A stretch of 64,000 bases of DNA, from positions 6,602 to 70,601 of the forward strand of contig JBAZMZ010000003.1 in assembly GCA_041649495.1 (NCBI GenBank), given 5' to 3'. The notes under the pieces were generated by a model. It made no database searches, was not told the DNA's origin, and saw only the letters and a list, made by a program, of their open reading frames with translations. The DNA is from Minisyncoccota bacterium (GTDB taxonomy: Bacteria > Patescibacteriota > Minisyncoccia > Phycocordibacterales > XYD1-FULL-46-19). Positions 41,401 through 51,037 of this stretch are shown in pieces. The first letter of the stretch is position 1, and each line of letters begins with the position of its first letter. Both the position numbers and the translations under genes were made by a program.

Positions 41401-41568
41401 CAAATTAACGGCAAGGTCCGCGCAACCCTCGATTTGCCCGTCGGCCAGATTGAGGAAGAAGTCATTAATCTCGCCTTAGCCAACCCGATGGTACAAAAAT
41501 GGTTACCCGCTGGTCAATACAAAAAAACTATATTTATCAAGGATAAATTACTCAACTTTGTGTTATAA
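38473..41568 (+). CDS. leuS: Leucine--tRNA ligase with an inserted alpha/beta-hydrolase domain and palindromic inserts
   Basis: MFPYPSGEGLHVGH, KMSKR, GYGTGAIMAVPAHD. Confidence 0.97.
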   Translation: MGKKSKGSKYDHLKIESKWQREWSRSKTYQTTETTGSTSSRQESKPKAYVLDMFPYPSGEGLHVGHPKGYIATDVYSRFKRMSGFNVLHPMGWDAFGLPAENYAIKNKINPAVAVKKNIKHFKSQMEKIGLDYDWSREINTTDPKYYKWTQWIFLQLFKRGLAYQSNEPINWCPSCQTGLANEDLETRSTSSGQAAVCERCGSLVIKKPIRQWVLKITNYAERLLTDLDGLNWPESIKESQRNWIGRSEGAEIDFPLQTGPLKFVILHGWKSNSRRCFIPWLKRELEERGHEVVALDLPHPVVPNIAEQVDYVLSKVTFDANTIIIAHSLGSIAAYRILEKLKTPIKKLVIVAGLIEPKFRDKARPEAKYLLSWKFNLAKIKKNAGQIVILEDQNDNIIPKGESRVIQQALGGEVYQLEAQTAHFCGSVEPLVLGHSLDRVKIFTTRADTLFGATYLVLAPEHKLISQLKKEISNWVEVTKYIKQAEKRTEIERSTEGREKTGVKLEGVRAINPINNEEIPIFIADYVLPGYGTGAIMAVPAHDERDHQFAKKFDLPIVPVIIKDLPTTLDHVAEAYTGSGKMVNSGRWNGLDNEQVVDPMIKFVRGKKVIRYKLRDWVFSRQRYWGEPIPIVHCAKCGPMPVPEKDLPVKLPAVKSYAPTGTGESPLANIKSWVNTKCPACGGPAQRETNTMPQWAGSSWYYLRYIDPKNDKALADPKKLNYWSPVDMYVGGTEHATRHLIYARFWHKFLQDIGIVKNSEPFAQLKNQGLISGSDGRKMSKRWGNVINPDDIIKSHGADTLRVYEMFMGPFEQGVSWSTDNLMGARRFVEKIWRLNGKVVPEAKVVRSTTSGSLEVGLLTTESASEVSPQVSPRSLLGNNDFLLHKTIKQVTDDINRFNFNTAISALMILANDWDKLKQISITDFKILLKLLAPLAPHLSEELWHNLGEKKSIHLSTWPVADPQKLITKEVKIVVQINGKVRATLDLPVGQIEEEVINLALANPMVQKWLPAGQYKKTIFIKDKLLNFVL
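41015..41106. repeat. Two family A doublets in leuS
   Basis: 41015-41050 is the reverse complement of 18204-18239; the second doublet is 41071-41106. Confidence 0.9.
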
Positions 41569-41616
41569 TTGTCCACAGTTGACTTTATGAGCATTTAGTG
41601 ATAGAAATAAGAGTAT

Positions 41617-42642
41617 ATGAATATCAAAGTTAAGGACATCACTAAGCACTTACTCGAGGAGTTACCAAAAAGAAGTCAGGATATTTTGACCAAACGTTAT
41701 GGTTTGGGCAAGGTCGTTAAGCGTGAGACTTTAGAGGGTATCGGCCAAGAATACAAAATCACGCGCGAACGAGTTCGCCAGATAGAGGCTTTTGCTCTGA
41801 ACTTGATTAGAAAGTCCAAGGCTTATGCCGACAGCCAATCGGCTTTCGATCAACTCAAAAAAACGGTTGACGATTTTGGCGGGATTGTTCACGAGCAAAT
41901 TTTTTTGGATACTCAAGCCAAAGATCGAGCCACTCAAAATCAAATTCATTTTTTGCTTGTCGTTTCTGATGCCTTCACTAAATTACGAGAAGATGACGAC
42001 TTTCATCACCGCTGGACCACGAGCGAAGAACTGGCCACCAAAGTTCATCAATCGCTCAAGAGTCTCTGCACCAATTTTTCTGAAGGTGATTTGGTTTCTG
42101 AACCAGAATTAGTTGAGAGATTCTTGAAAGAATTAAAAGGGATTTCGACTGATCCCAAAGTGGCCGAATTTGCCGAAAAATGGTTACTCTTGAGCAAATC
42201 TTTGGCCAAGAACCCGCTTGGCGAATGGGGTTTGGCTTCCTCGCCCAATATCCGCATGCGCGGAATTCGTGATTATGCCTATTTAGTTTTGCGTAAGGCT
42301 AAGAAACCACTTCATTTTAGCGAAGTAGCTAAAGAAATCCAAAAAACTTTCGGCCGCGAGGCTCATCCCGCCACTTGCCATAACGAATTAATCAAAGACA
42401 ATCGTTTCGTCCTCGTCGGTCGTGGTCTCTACGCTTTAACCGAATGGGGTTATACCAAGGGCACCGTGATTGAGGTCATTCAAAAATTAATCAAAGAAAA
42501 GGGGCCGTTGACTCGCCCCGAAGTTATCGACTTGGTTTCTAAACAACGCCAAGTTAAACTCAACACCATTATCGTCAACCTCCAAAATCCCAAATTCTTT
42601 AAACGAATCGGCGACGGACGTTTTGCGATCGCTAAAGTCTAG
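41617..42642 (+). CDS. Sigma70 region 4-like HTH plus C-terminal winged-helix (HARE-HTH-like) protein
   Basis: TLEGIGQEYKITRERVRQIE; PLHFSEVA..FVLVGRGLYALTEW. Confidence 0.75.
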   Translation: MNIKVKDITKHLLEELPKRSQDILTKRYGLGKVVKRETLEGIGQEYKITRERVRQIEAFALNLIRKSKAYADSQSAFDQLKKTVDDFGGIVHEQIFLDTQAKDRATQNQIHFLLVVSDAFTKLREDDDFHHRWTTSEELATKVHQSLKSLCTNFSEGDLVSEPELVERFLKELKGISTDPKVAEFAEKWLLLSKSLAKNPLGEWGLASSPNIRMRGIRDYAYLVLRKAKKPLHFSEVAKEIQKTFGREAHPATCHNELIKDNRFVLVGRGLYALTEWGYTKGTVIEVIQKLIKEKGPLTRPEVIDLVSKQRQVKLNTIIVNLQNPKFFKRIGDGRFAIAKV

Positions 42643-42677
42643 TTTTTTATTTCGATTAGTTTTATAATGAAAGGGCC

Positions 42678-43922
42678 ATGTCTTGGTTAGGGCCTTTCCA
42701 ATTTTTTAATAATATTCTCTGGCAAGCTAAACCGGCGCTTTTTCAGGGTTTAACTTATGCTATTTATGTTTCGCCATTTTTGTTGGCGGTTTTGTTGTGG
42801 CAAACTTATTTAATTTATATTCGATCTAATTATATTAAAAAAGAAGAACGGATTTTGCTGGAAGTGAAGATCCCGAAAGAAATCACTAAGTCACCCCGCG
42901 CGATGGAATTATTGTTAGAAGTCTTTTACCAAACTTATGAGGGAGAATTAATTGATCGTTTTATCAAGGGGAGTATTCGGGGTTGGTTCTCGCTTGAATT
43001 GGTTTCGATTGGGGGCAAAATTAATTTTTATCTTAATATCCCCAAATTTTTCAAAAATGTTGTCGAGGCCCGTATCTATTCGCAATATCCCGAAGTCGAG
43101 ATTTCTGAGGCTGAAGACTACGTCAAGGAAGTGACTTTTGGCCAACCCAATTCGCCCTGGGATATTAAAGGTTGGGAATATAATTTAGACAAAGCCGATG
43201 CTTACCCGATCAAGACTTATATCGACTACGAGATGGAAAAAGATCCAAAAGAAGAATTTAAGATTGACCCCATGACCCCCCTCCTCGAATTTTTATCTTC
43301 CATCAAACCAACCGAGCGAATTTGGATTCAAATTATGATTATGGCCGGCAAAAAGAGATTTGATGAAGTCAAAAAAGGCAAAAAAACTGGTAAAAAGGTT
43401 GACTGGAAGAAGGGGGGCAAAGCCCTCGTCGACGAATTGATGAACCGCAATATTGACGCCAAAGATATGAGTGTTTGGCTCAAGGTTAATCCAACCAGCG
43501 TTGAGCGAGATGTAATTACCGCCATTGAACGCAATTTGGGCAAACTTGGTTTTGATGTGGGGATTCGATCACTTTATGCCGCCACCGAGGGAATTAAGCC
43601 AGCGGTTGGAGTCGGTCTTAATTCCGCTTTTAAACAATTTGGCTCCGACAAACTCAATTCTTTCAAGCCAGCACACCAGACCGGCTTCAATAACCCTTGG
43701 GAAGATCCTTTTGGCTGGCGAACCAGAAGACGCAAAAATGATCATTTTCAATATTATTGTAATCGTTCCTTCTTTTATCCACCCGCCAGCAAAAAACCGA
43801 TTGGTCTAACCACCGAGGAGTTGGCCACGATTTATCATTTTCCGGGTCAGGTCGCAACGACACCAAGTTTGGATCGCATCCCGTCAAAGCGCGGGGAACC
43901 ACCAGCCAATTTGCCAATTTAA
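42678..43922 (+). CDS. Conserved hypothetical membrane-anchored protein
   Basis: N-terminal TM; FSLELVS, YSQYP, EELATIYHFP, PPANLP. Confidence 0.75.
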   Translation: MSWLGPFQFFNNILWQAKPALFQGLTYAIYVSPFLLAVLLWQTYLIYIRSNYIKKEERILLEVKIPKEITKSPRAMELLLEVFYQTYEGELIDRFIKGSIRGWFSLELVSIGGKINFYLNIPKFFKNVVEARIYSQYPEVEISEAEDYVKEVTFGQPNSPWDIKGWEYNLDKADAYPIKTYIDYEMEKDPKEEFKIDPMTPLLEFLSSIKPTERIWIQIMIMAGKKRFDEVKKGKKTGKKVDWKKGGKALVDELMNRNIDAKDMSVWLKVNPTSVERDVITAIERNLGKLGFDVGIRSLYAATEGIKPAVGVGLNSAFKQFGSDKLNSFKPAHQTGFNNPWEDPFGWRTRRRKNDHFQYYCNRSFFYPPASKKPIGLTTEELATIYHFPGQVATTPSLDRIPSKRGEPPANLPI

Positions 43923-43931
43923 TTAGCGGTT

Positions 43932-44816
43932 ATGTTTTTAAAACACTGGAAAATTATTCTCTTAGTGACAGTTTTTGTTTTGTTTTTTGTCATCACCATC
44001 AAAACGGTCTTTCCGCCAGCTAATTTTCCGACCAACCCGTTTTATCATGTCGATCGAGGCAAATCAGTGGCCCAAGTCGCAGGGGAACTCAAGGCAAAAA
44101 ATTTTATTCAATCACCCCTAGCTTTTAAAATTTTTGTTCGCTTGCTCGGCGGTGAAAAACGGATGCAAGTCGGCACCTATTTCTTCAAACAGCCCATCTC
44201 GTCAATTAATATCGCTCTAAAATTAACCCATCATTTCTTGGGCGAAAAGCCAATCACGGTCACTATTTACGAAGGAATGACCAATGCGAAGATTGCTAAA
44301 TTATTAGCCCAAAAACTACCCCCAATTAAAGCTGATGATTTTATTGCTCAAGCCAAAAATCTTCAGGGTCGGCTTTTCCCCGACACTTATTTCTTTTCAC
44401 CCTACGATACGGTTGAGGACATTATTTATGAATTAAATCAAAATTTTGACGAGCAAATCGCTAAATTAAAGATTGACGTGGTTTTATCTGGCCAAACTCT
44501 TAATCAAATTTTAGTCATGGCTTCCATTATCGAAGGCGAGGCCAATAAAGATGTTGACCGTCATCTCATTTCCGGCATTCTCTGGAAGCGTTTGTCGATT
44601 GAAATGCCCTTGCAAGTTGACGTGGCCAAAGAAACTTACAAACAGCAAGGTCTGCCAGATGCGCCGATTAATAACCCGGGGTTAGAGGCGATTGAAGCGG
44701 CCATTTATCCCGAGACTTCGGATTATCTTTATTATCTTACTGGTCGCGATGGCCAAATGTATTACGCCGAAGATTTCGCTGGACACAAAAAGAATCGGCG
44801 TCTTTACCTAGATTAG
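43932..44816 (+). CDS. mltG: Endolytic transglycosylase MltG (YceG)
   Basis: GRLFPDTY, MASIIEGEA, MPLQVD, GLP..PINNPG. Confidence 0.92.
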   Translation: MFLKHWKIILLVTVFVLFFVITIKTVFPPANFPTNPFYHVDRGKSVAQVAGELKAKNFIQSPLAFKIFVRLLGGEKRMQVGTYFFKQPISSINIALKLTHHFLGEKPITVTIYEGMTNAKIAKLLAQKLPPIKADDFIAQAKNLQGRLFPDTYFFSPYDTVEDIIYELNQNFDEQIAKLKIDVVLSGQTLNQILVMASIIEGEANKDVDRHLISGILWKRLSIEMPLQVDVAKETYKQQGLPDAPINNPGLEAIEAAIYPETSDYLYYLTGRDGQMYYAEDFAGHKKNRRLYLD

Positions 44817-44831
44817 AATTTACGATATAAC

Positions 44832-46067
44832 TTGAGAGTGACTAGGAAGAAAAAACGAGTTTTCGTCGGTATGAGTGGGGGAGTTGATAGCTCGGTTTCG
44901 GCCGCTTTATTAAAAAGGGCCGGTTTTGAGGTAATCGGGGTATTTATTCGAGTCTGGGAGCCCAGTGGTTTTGTTTGTCGCTGGCGTGAAGAGAGGCGAG
45001 AAGCCAGACGAGCCGCCGCTCATTTAGATATTCCACTCTCAACTCTCGATTTAAGTCGTGAATATAAGAAAAGGGTGGTTGATTATTTCATTGCTGAATA
45101 TAAGTCTGGCCGAACCCCCAACCCCGACGTGATGTGCAATAAACATATTAAGTTTGGCGTATTTTATGATTGGGCCATGAAAAATGGCGCGGACTTTGTC
45201 GCCACGGGGCACTACGCACAAATTTGCAACAAATTTGTGCCAAAATTTCAAACCATAAATTCTAAACTCGAAACAAGTATTAAATTCCAAAGTTTAAAAT
45301 TTAAAAAATTAAATATTGTTTCGGATTTAGAAATTAATATTTCGAATTTGCCAAGTTTTTGCCAGAGTAAAGACTTGGCCAAGGATCAAACTTATTTCTT
45401 GTGGAATCTTAAAGCCGAGCAACTTGCCAAAATTCTTTTTCCCGTGGGCCAATACACCAAACCGCAAGTTCGCGCTTTAGCCAAGAAATTTGGCTTGCCC
45501 AATGCTGAGAAAAAAGACAGTCAGGGTTTATGCTTTATCGGTAAAATTGATTTTAAAGATTTTCTCAAGCGGGAAATTTATGGAAAAAGGGGGACTTGCC
45601 CCGAGCGGAGTCGAGGGGGTGTTTTAAACGAGCAGGGAAAAGTAATCGGCCAACATGACGGCGCGATGTTTTTCACTTTAGGCGAACGCCACGGTTTCGA
45701 AATTTTCTCGCAGACATCAGACTCCAAACCCTATTACATCGTCGCTAAAGATATTAAGAAAAACACGCTCACTGTTTCTCCTAATTTTAATCAAGGGCAG
45801 GCCTTGACTTCTGAAGTCAAAATTGAAAAAACTAATTGGATCAACCAGTCAAGCGACCTGGAGGTTAAACCTCTGGGCGCCTCGAGGTTTAACCTCCAAG
45901 CCAGAGTCCGTTACCGTCAACCGCTTCAAGCTTGCCACTTGACGCAGGTCGACAATAAAAAAAGCACCGCTACCATAAGCTTCTCTAAACCACAACTCGC
46001 CGTCTCGGGCCAATCACTGGTCCTCTACGACCAAAATATCTGTCTCGGTGGGGGAATTATTGTTTAA
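44832..46067 (+). CDS. mnmA: tRNA 2-thiouridylase MnmA with four palindromic insertions
   Basis: MSGGVDSS, TPNPDVMCN, ATGHYA, KDQTYFL, DSQGLCF. Confidence 0.96.
   Translation: MRVTRKKKRVFVGMSGGVDSSVSAALLKRAGFEVIGVFIRVWEPSGFVCRWREERREARRAAAHLDIPLSTLDLSREYKKRVVDYFIAEYKSGRTPNPDVMCNKHIKFGVFYDWAMKNGADFVATGHYAQICNKFVPKFQTINSKLETSIKFQSLKFKKLNIVSDLEINISNLPSFCQSKDLAKDQTYFLWNLKAEQLAKILFPVGQYTKPQVRALAKKFGLPNAEKKDSQGLCFIGKIDFKDFLKREIYGKRGTCPERSRGGVLNEQGKVIGQHDGAMFFTLGERHGFEIFSQTSDSKPYYIVAKDIKKNTLTVSPNFNQGQALTSEVKIEKTNWINQSSDLEVKPLGASRFNLQARVRYRQPLQACHLTQVDNKKSTATISFSKPQLAVSGQSLVLYDQNICLGGGIIV
45861..45896. repeat. Family A variant doublet in mnmA
   Basis: GAGGTTAAACCTC-TGGGCGCCTC-GAGGTTTAACCTC. Confidence 0.9.
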
Positions 46068-46147
46068 AAACAAGTATTTTTCGATATCCAATCTCGTAAA
46101 CTGTTTTATTTTTGAAAGTTTTTTGCTAAACTTAATTAGGAGGTGAT

Positions 46148-46348
46148 GTGAAAATGTCAGGCTTAGGTCCAATACCTACCGGGCAACCGGTGGGGGACGA
46201 ACCAGGTCCAGTGCCCGAGACCGACGACTGGCCAGATACTTTGGAGGTCCTAGGCTGCCACCCAGATGGACCCCTGCCAGAGCCAGGGAGAGAACCTGTC
46301 TTCCTGGAACATGATGGGTGTTTCGCCGACCATCAACAACATAAGTGA
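46148..46348 (+). CDS. Hypothetical acidic Pro-rich small orphan protein
   Basis: AGGAGGTGA RBS and downstream hairpin. Confidence 0.45.
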   Translation: MKMSGLGPIPTGQPVGDEPGPVPETDDWPDTLEVLGCHPDGPLPEPGREPVFLEHDGCFADHQQHK

Positions 46349-46429
46349 TCCATTGATGGTCGACACCGGGGCTTTCCTGTTGGAAGGCCCCTTAGTGCTT
46401 ATCGTAAAATATGATAGAATAGTTCTACA

Positions 46430-48235
46430 ATGACTTCTGAAGAAATCCGGCAAAAGTTTTTAAAGTTTTTTGAAGAAAGGGGACATCAGGTGATCCCCTC
46501 GGCCTCGCTCGTGCCCAGCGAATATGGCGACAATGGCACCCTCTTCACCACCGCTGGGATGCAACCATTAATTCCCTATTTATTGGGTAAACCACACCCG
46601 GCTGGCCAGAGAATTGTTGATATTCAAAAATGTGTGCGTACCGGCGATATTGACGAGGTGGGCGATAATCGGCACCTCACCTTTTTTGAAATGATGGGCA
46701 ATTGGAGTTTGGGCGATTATTTTAAAAAAGAATCGATCCCGTGGAGCTTCGATTTTTTAACTAATAAAGACTACGGTCTCGGCCTTGATCCGGCTCGTTT
46801 TTATGTGACGGTTTTCGCGGGCACCCCTTCGACAAGCTCAGGGCAAGCTAGTATTCCTCGCGACGAAGAATCAATCAAAATCTGGCAAGAAGTTTTTGCT
46901 AAATATGGCTTATCTAATGATGTCGCGGATAAAGATGGAGTAATAAAAAAAGACACAAGAATTATCCCACTTGGAGTTGACGACAATTTTTGGATTGCCG
47001 GTGCCACTGGGCCGTGTGGCGGTGATACGGAAATTTTTTATGATACCAAACCCAACGATGGCCCCCTTGATGGCAAATTTAGCGAGTTAGTTGATTCTTT
47101 TCGTTTGATTGAGGTCTGGAATAATGTCTTTATGGAGTTTAACAAGACTCCAGATGGTAAATACGAACCATTAGCGACAAAAAATGTCGACACCGGGATG
47201 GGTTTGGAGCGAATTACCGCGGTAATCAACAAATCAAATATTTTTGAAACCGACTTGTTTACCCCAATTATTAGCGAAATCCGGCAACAATCAATCAAGC
47301 TCAGCGAAAAAGGCATACGGATTGTCGCTGACCACGTGCGAACCGCGGTTTTTATGATTGCCGATGACGTCACTCCGTCTAATACCGACCGAGGCTATGT
47401 TCTCCGTCGAGTAATTCGTCGCGCCGTGCGTTATGCTGACCAAATGCAAGCCGATACTGATATTATGCGCCAAGTCGCCGAAGTGGTGATCGAAAAATAT
47501 AAGACAGCTTATCCCGCCCTCGACCAAAATCGCGAAAAAATTTTTGCTGAATTAAGTAAGGAGGAAGAAAAATTTAGAAAAACACTCGCCAACGGTCTCA
47601 AAGAATTTGAAAAAGGTCACGACCCATTTGATCTTTATCAAACCTACGGTTTCCCAATTGAATTGACCGAGGAATTAGCTCAAGAAAAAGGAATTAAAAT
47701 TGATCGCTCTACTTTTGACGAAAAAATGAAGCAACATCAAGAAATTTCCAAAGCTGGTGCGGACCAAAAATTCAAAGGCGGATTAGCAAGCACGGGCGAG
47801 ATGGAAACAAAATATCACACAGCTACGCACTTACTTTTAGCCTCCTTGCGACAAGTTTTGGGACAAGACATCACGCAAAAAGGGAGTAATATAACAACAG
47901 AGCGCTTGCGTTTTGACTTTAATTGGCCCGAAAAACTTTCGCCCGAACAAATTAAAGCGGTTGAAGATTTGGTTAATCAAAAAATTACCGAGAAAATTCC
48001 CGTCGAAAGGCTCGAATTACCCAAAGACGAGGCCAAAAAACTGGTCACCGTTCTTTCTTTTGACGAATCAAAATATGGCGACACGGTTAAGGTTTATAAA
48101 ATTGGTTCTTTCAGCACCGAATTCTGCGGTGGCCCCCATGTCACCAACACTGGCGATCTTGCTTCGACATTTAAAATTTTGAAAGAAGAAGCCATCTCCG
48201 CCGGCGTGAGACGAATTAAAGCAGTGTTGGAATAA
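46430..48235 (+). CDS. alaS: Alanine--tRNA ligase (short form lacking C-Ala)
   Basis: LFTTAGMQ, HLTFFEMMGN, DTGMGLER, HTATHLL, EFCGGPH. Confidence 0.97.
   Translation: MTSEEIRQKFLKFFEERGHQVIPSASLVPSEYGDNGTLFTTAGMQPLIPYLLGKPHPAGQRIVDIQKCVRTGDIDEVGDNRHLTFFEMMGNWSLGDYFKKESIPWSFDFLTNKDYGLGLDPARFYVTVFAGTPSTSSGQASIPRDEESIKIWQEVFAKYGLSNDVADKDGVIKKDTRIIPLGVDDNFWIAGATGPCGGDTEIFYDTKPNDGPLDGKFSELVDSFRLIEVWNNVFMEFNKTPDGKYEPLATKNVDTGMGLERITAVINKSNIFETDLFTPIISEIRQQSIKLSEKGIRIVADHVRTAVFMIADDVTPSNTDRGYVLRRVIRRAVRYADQMQADTDIMRQVAEVVIEKYKTAYPALDQNREKIFAELSKEEEKFRKTLANGLKEFEKGHDPFDLYQTYGFPIELTEELAQEKGIKIDRSTFDEKMKQHQEISKAGADQKFKGGLASTGEMETKYHTATHLLLASLRQVLGQDITQKGSNITTERLRFDFNWPEKLSPEQIKAVEDLVNQKITEKIPVERLELPKDEAKKLVTVLSFDESKYGDTVKVYKIGSFSTEFCGGPHVTNTGDLASTFKILKEEAISAGVRRIKAVLE
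46825..46848 (+). repeat. Family B element (reference copy) in alaS
   Basis: CCCTTCGACAAGCTCAGGGCAAGC; related copies near 196, 1232, 16224, 21099, 38578, 39032, 45594 and 63333. Confidence 0.9.
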
Positions 48236-48239
48236 AAAA

Positions 48240-48509
48240 ATGCCCACTCTTGAAGAATTACAGCTAGAAGTTGAAGAAATAAAGAAGCGCAATGAACGCG
48301 TAGCAGGCGATAAGACGTGGGAAACAAGTTGGACCAGGAAATTTATCGTCCTGATTTTAACTTATATTGTTATTGTTATCTTTTTCTTGTTCGCCAATTT
48401 GCCCGAACCCTTTCTCAACGCGACTGTCCCAGCTCTCGCCTTTGTCCTCTCCACCCTGACCATCCCACTTTTCAAAAAATGGTGGCTAAAGCGATTTTGT
48501 AAAAAATAA
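48240..48509 (+). CDS. Small two-TM membrane protein
   Basis: 89 aa; RNERV..DKTWETSWTR followed by two hydrophobic helices. Confidence 0.75.
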   Translation: MPTLEELQLEVEEIKKRNERVAGDKTWETSWTRKFIVLILTYIVIVIFFLFANLPEPFLNATVPALAFVLSTLTIPLFKKWWLKRFCKK

Positions 48510-48515
48510 CCTCCA

Positions 48516-48548
48516 TGGTAACATCCCTGATCGTCAGGGATGTTACCA
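48516..48548. repeat. Perfect 15-bp-stem hairpin
   Basis: TGGTAACATCCCTGA-TCG-TCAGGGATGTTACCA. Confidence 0.8.
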
Positions 48549-48616
48549 GTTGAGACTTTTTCATTTTTCCACTTATTACTTAACACTTAATACTTATTAC
48601 TGTTATAATATCCTCA

Positions 48617-49092
48617 ATGTCCTCTTCTGGTAAAAAAGATGAGAGTAATGAAAGAATTCGTAACCAAGCCATTGAATTTGCTAAGCGTAACAAAAATAAA
48701 GTAGCTAAAGATTTTACCGATTTAAACAAATATCAACCAGATGAAGCGCCGATTGCCGTTTTTATGGCCGGGTCTCCGGGCGCAGGAAAAACAGAATTTT
48801 CGAAAAACCTAATCAATAACCTGAAGTTGCTTGGAGATTTACCCTTGCCAGAGAAATGGCCGAGGGTCGCAATATACCAAAATCTTCATTTATTGAACAA
48901 TTTTTAGGATCTCGAGATACGACAGAAAGGATCTCTAGAGAATTTGGCAACAAAGTGACCATTTTTCTAGTAAAAAAAGACTTTGAGAAAAACACAGTAG
49001 AAGACATCGTAGAGATAGGCGTTAATAAAGCAAAAATTGACGATCATATTGAAAAAAGATATACTAAAGAAGACTTAGAAAAGTATTTATGA
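48617..49092 (+). pseudogene. Zeta-toxin-like P-loop kinase remnant (internal deletion and frameshift)
   Basis: VFMAGSPGAGKTEF in the first frame; EGRNIP..FIEQF C-terminal part in the second frame; central region absent. Confidence 0.65.
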
Positions 49093-49256
49093 AGCTCCTA
49101 AATTTATTTAAAAAACCCGAACAAAATAAAAAAACTGGCAAGTTTGCTGAGTTTTTTCTGTATGCACCAGAAATAGAAAAGAAAAAAGTAATCAGGGCTG
49201 CAGCCCAACGAGCTAATGAGGAACAACGAGAACTAATTGCAAAGTCAGCACACTAA
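49089..49256 (+). CDS. Small hypothetical protein (55 aa), coupled to the zeta-like gene
   Basis: MKLLNLFKK..FAEFFLYAPEIEKKKVIRAAAQRANEEQR; ATGA overlap. Confidence 0.6.
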   Translation: MKLLNLFKKPEQNKKTGKFAEFFLYAPEIEKKKVIRAAAQRANEEQRELIAKSAH

Positions 49257-49257
49257 C

Positions 49258-49335
49258 CTCGGCCACTTTTTTCACATCACCAAAGAAGAAGCCATCTCCG
49301 CCGGCGTGAGACGAATTAAGGCGATTTTGGAATAA
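49258..49335 (+). repeat. Second copy of the alaS 3' end
   Basis: 49282-49319 is identical to 48182-48219 (38 bp); encodes KEEAISAGVRRIKAILE*. Confidence 0.9.
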
Positions 49336-49421
49336 ATAAGGTCGGATATTATATATAACATCTAAAATAATAGTCTTATCAATCAAACAGAAATTATTAT
49401 TTAATTCTTATTAAAACAACT

Positions 49422-49673
49422 ATGAAAAAACAATATCCCTTAGTTTTAATTTTATTGACGATTCTTATTTTAGGAAGTGCATTTTATTGGTATGAACTCC
49501 GTCCTGCTTCAATAAAAAAGGAATGTTATGGTAAGGCCAATGAAGCTAAAAATAATTTAAATAGCACATACAATGGTCTATTGCAAGACGGTGTGGGCGT
49601 GGCGGAACTAGATTTTGATAAATATTTAAAAGATGAATACGAAAAATGCTTAATGGAGAATGGAATTAAATAA
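49422..49673 (+). CDS. Small membrane-anchored protein
   Basis: TM, FYWYELRP..IKKEC...YEKCL; AT-rich. Confidence 0.7.
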   Translation: MKKQYPLVLILLTILILGSAFYWYELRPASIKKECYGKANEAKNNLNSTYNGLLQDGVGVAELDFDKYLKDEYEKCLMENGIK

Positions 49674-49775
49674 TAATTTTTGCTCTCGTTCCACTACAGC
49701 AAACTCAGTAATTTTTAGGCTAAAAAGAATAAGGGCGAGAAAACTTTATCTAAACCTATTAACTTCTTAACTCAC

Positions 49776-50321
49776 ATGTCAAAAAAGGATAAAAATTGGC
49801 AAAATAACGTTTTTATATACACTATTGTTGGTGTTATTATCCTATTAATAGGAGGATGTATTTCACATAATTTGTGGGAAAATAAAATTGATAAAAATAT
49901 AGAGGAACCAAAAATAAATGTCGAGGATGGTAATCTCGTCGTAGATTCTCCTAATTCTGTGAATGTTGCGGGAAATAATAATGTAGTAAATAAATTGAAT
50001 CTTCCTCCCCCTGAATTTAAGGCGACCATATTATCGCGAACCAAGACATACGAAGAAGGGGCATATCAAACTACTGTACGATTAGACATAATTTCCCGGT
50101 TTCCACTTCAAAGAATAGAGGTCGGTATTATTGATGATAATATTTTATCGATAGACGCTAGAAAAGATTCTGTAATTTCATCAATGCCAATAATGCAACA
50201 AATGCAAAGTGGGCAAGCACTTGTAAGTTTTGAAAATGCTATGGGTTCATATCTTTTAATTATAAAAACAAAAAACCAAGATACCGACCTATTATCAAAA
50301 ATCAAAATAAAATATCAATAG
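49776..50321 (+). CDS. Hypothetical membrane-anchored protein
   Basis: 181-aa AT-rich ORF with N-terminal TM. Confidence 0.7.
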   Translation: MSKKDKNWQNNVFIYTIVGVIILLIGGCISHNLWENKIDKNIEEPKINVEDGNLVVDSPNSVNVAGNNNVVNKLNLPPPEFKATILSRTKTYEEGAYQTTVRLDIISRFPLQRIEVGIIDDNILSIDARKDSVISSMPIMQQMQSGQALVSFENAMGSYLLIIKTKNQDTDLLSKIKIKYQ

Positions 50322-50482
50322 TAGTTTTATCGCTTTTTCAAAAGCTTATCCCCAGCTTGTTTCAATAGCGGGTCGGGAGGTTCAACCTCCTCGCGGAAAG
50401 TAAATGTGTTGTAATTTAAATGTTAACCAAAATTTGCGATCGTTGGGAATGGTTAACATTTTTGGGAAAGCTTATCGCCAAC

Positions 50483-50905
50483 TTAATTCTCGTTAACCAA
50501 AAGCTCCGCCGAGGTGATAAAACCTGGCGGAGCGTGAAGACAAACAATCTTGGAGAGAAGGAAGCTAGACGATGTTCCCATATCAACGGTGGCACAACAA
50601 GACCCCTCAGGGATTCCACGGTCCGTGAACCAAACGGGGTAGGCCCTTTTCCCCTCGCGACGATTCCCGTCTTTATCAAAAGTGGGAAAGAGCAATCCCT
50701 CGACAAGGTCTTCGTGGCCAGGTACACGGCTAGCACCAAGGGGAAGATCTCCCCCATACAGAGTTTGGTGGCTCAGAAACAATGACTGAGCCGAGATTCT
50801 TGAACGGACCAGAATATGGTCCACAAGATAACCCCTCCCCGCTATGGCATCTTCTCTCAAACACCACTGGATAAACCAGCAAATACCAGGATGTCCAGTC
50901 GACAA
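50483..50905 (-). CDS. Hypothetical orphan ORF (doubtful)
   Basis: GGAGGTGAG RBS before a TTG start; no motif. Confidence 0.3.
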   Translation of the reverse strand: MSTGHPGICWFIQWCLREDAIAGRGYLVDHILVRSRISAQSLFLSHQTLYGGDLPLGASRVPGHEDLVEGLLFPTFDKDGNRREGKRAYPVWFTDRGIPEGSCCATVDMGTSSSFLLSKIVCLHAPPGFITSAELLVNEN

Positions 50906-51037
50906 TTTCGCTCACCTCCTTCCAGCTGTCAGTTAAGAACCCAAAAACAAAAAGAACACTTTTTGAAAAACTAATCCGAGCTTAGCTTTTTAATTTTAGA
51001 TTGTCAATAAAATTATTTCTTTGTTATAATATCCTCA

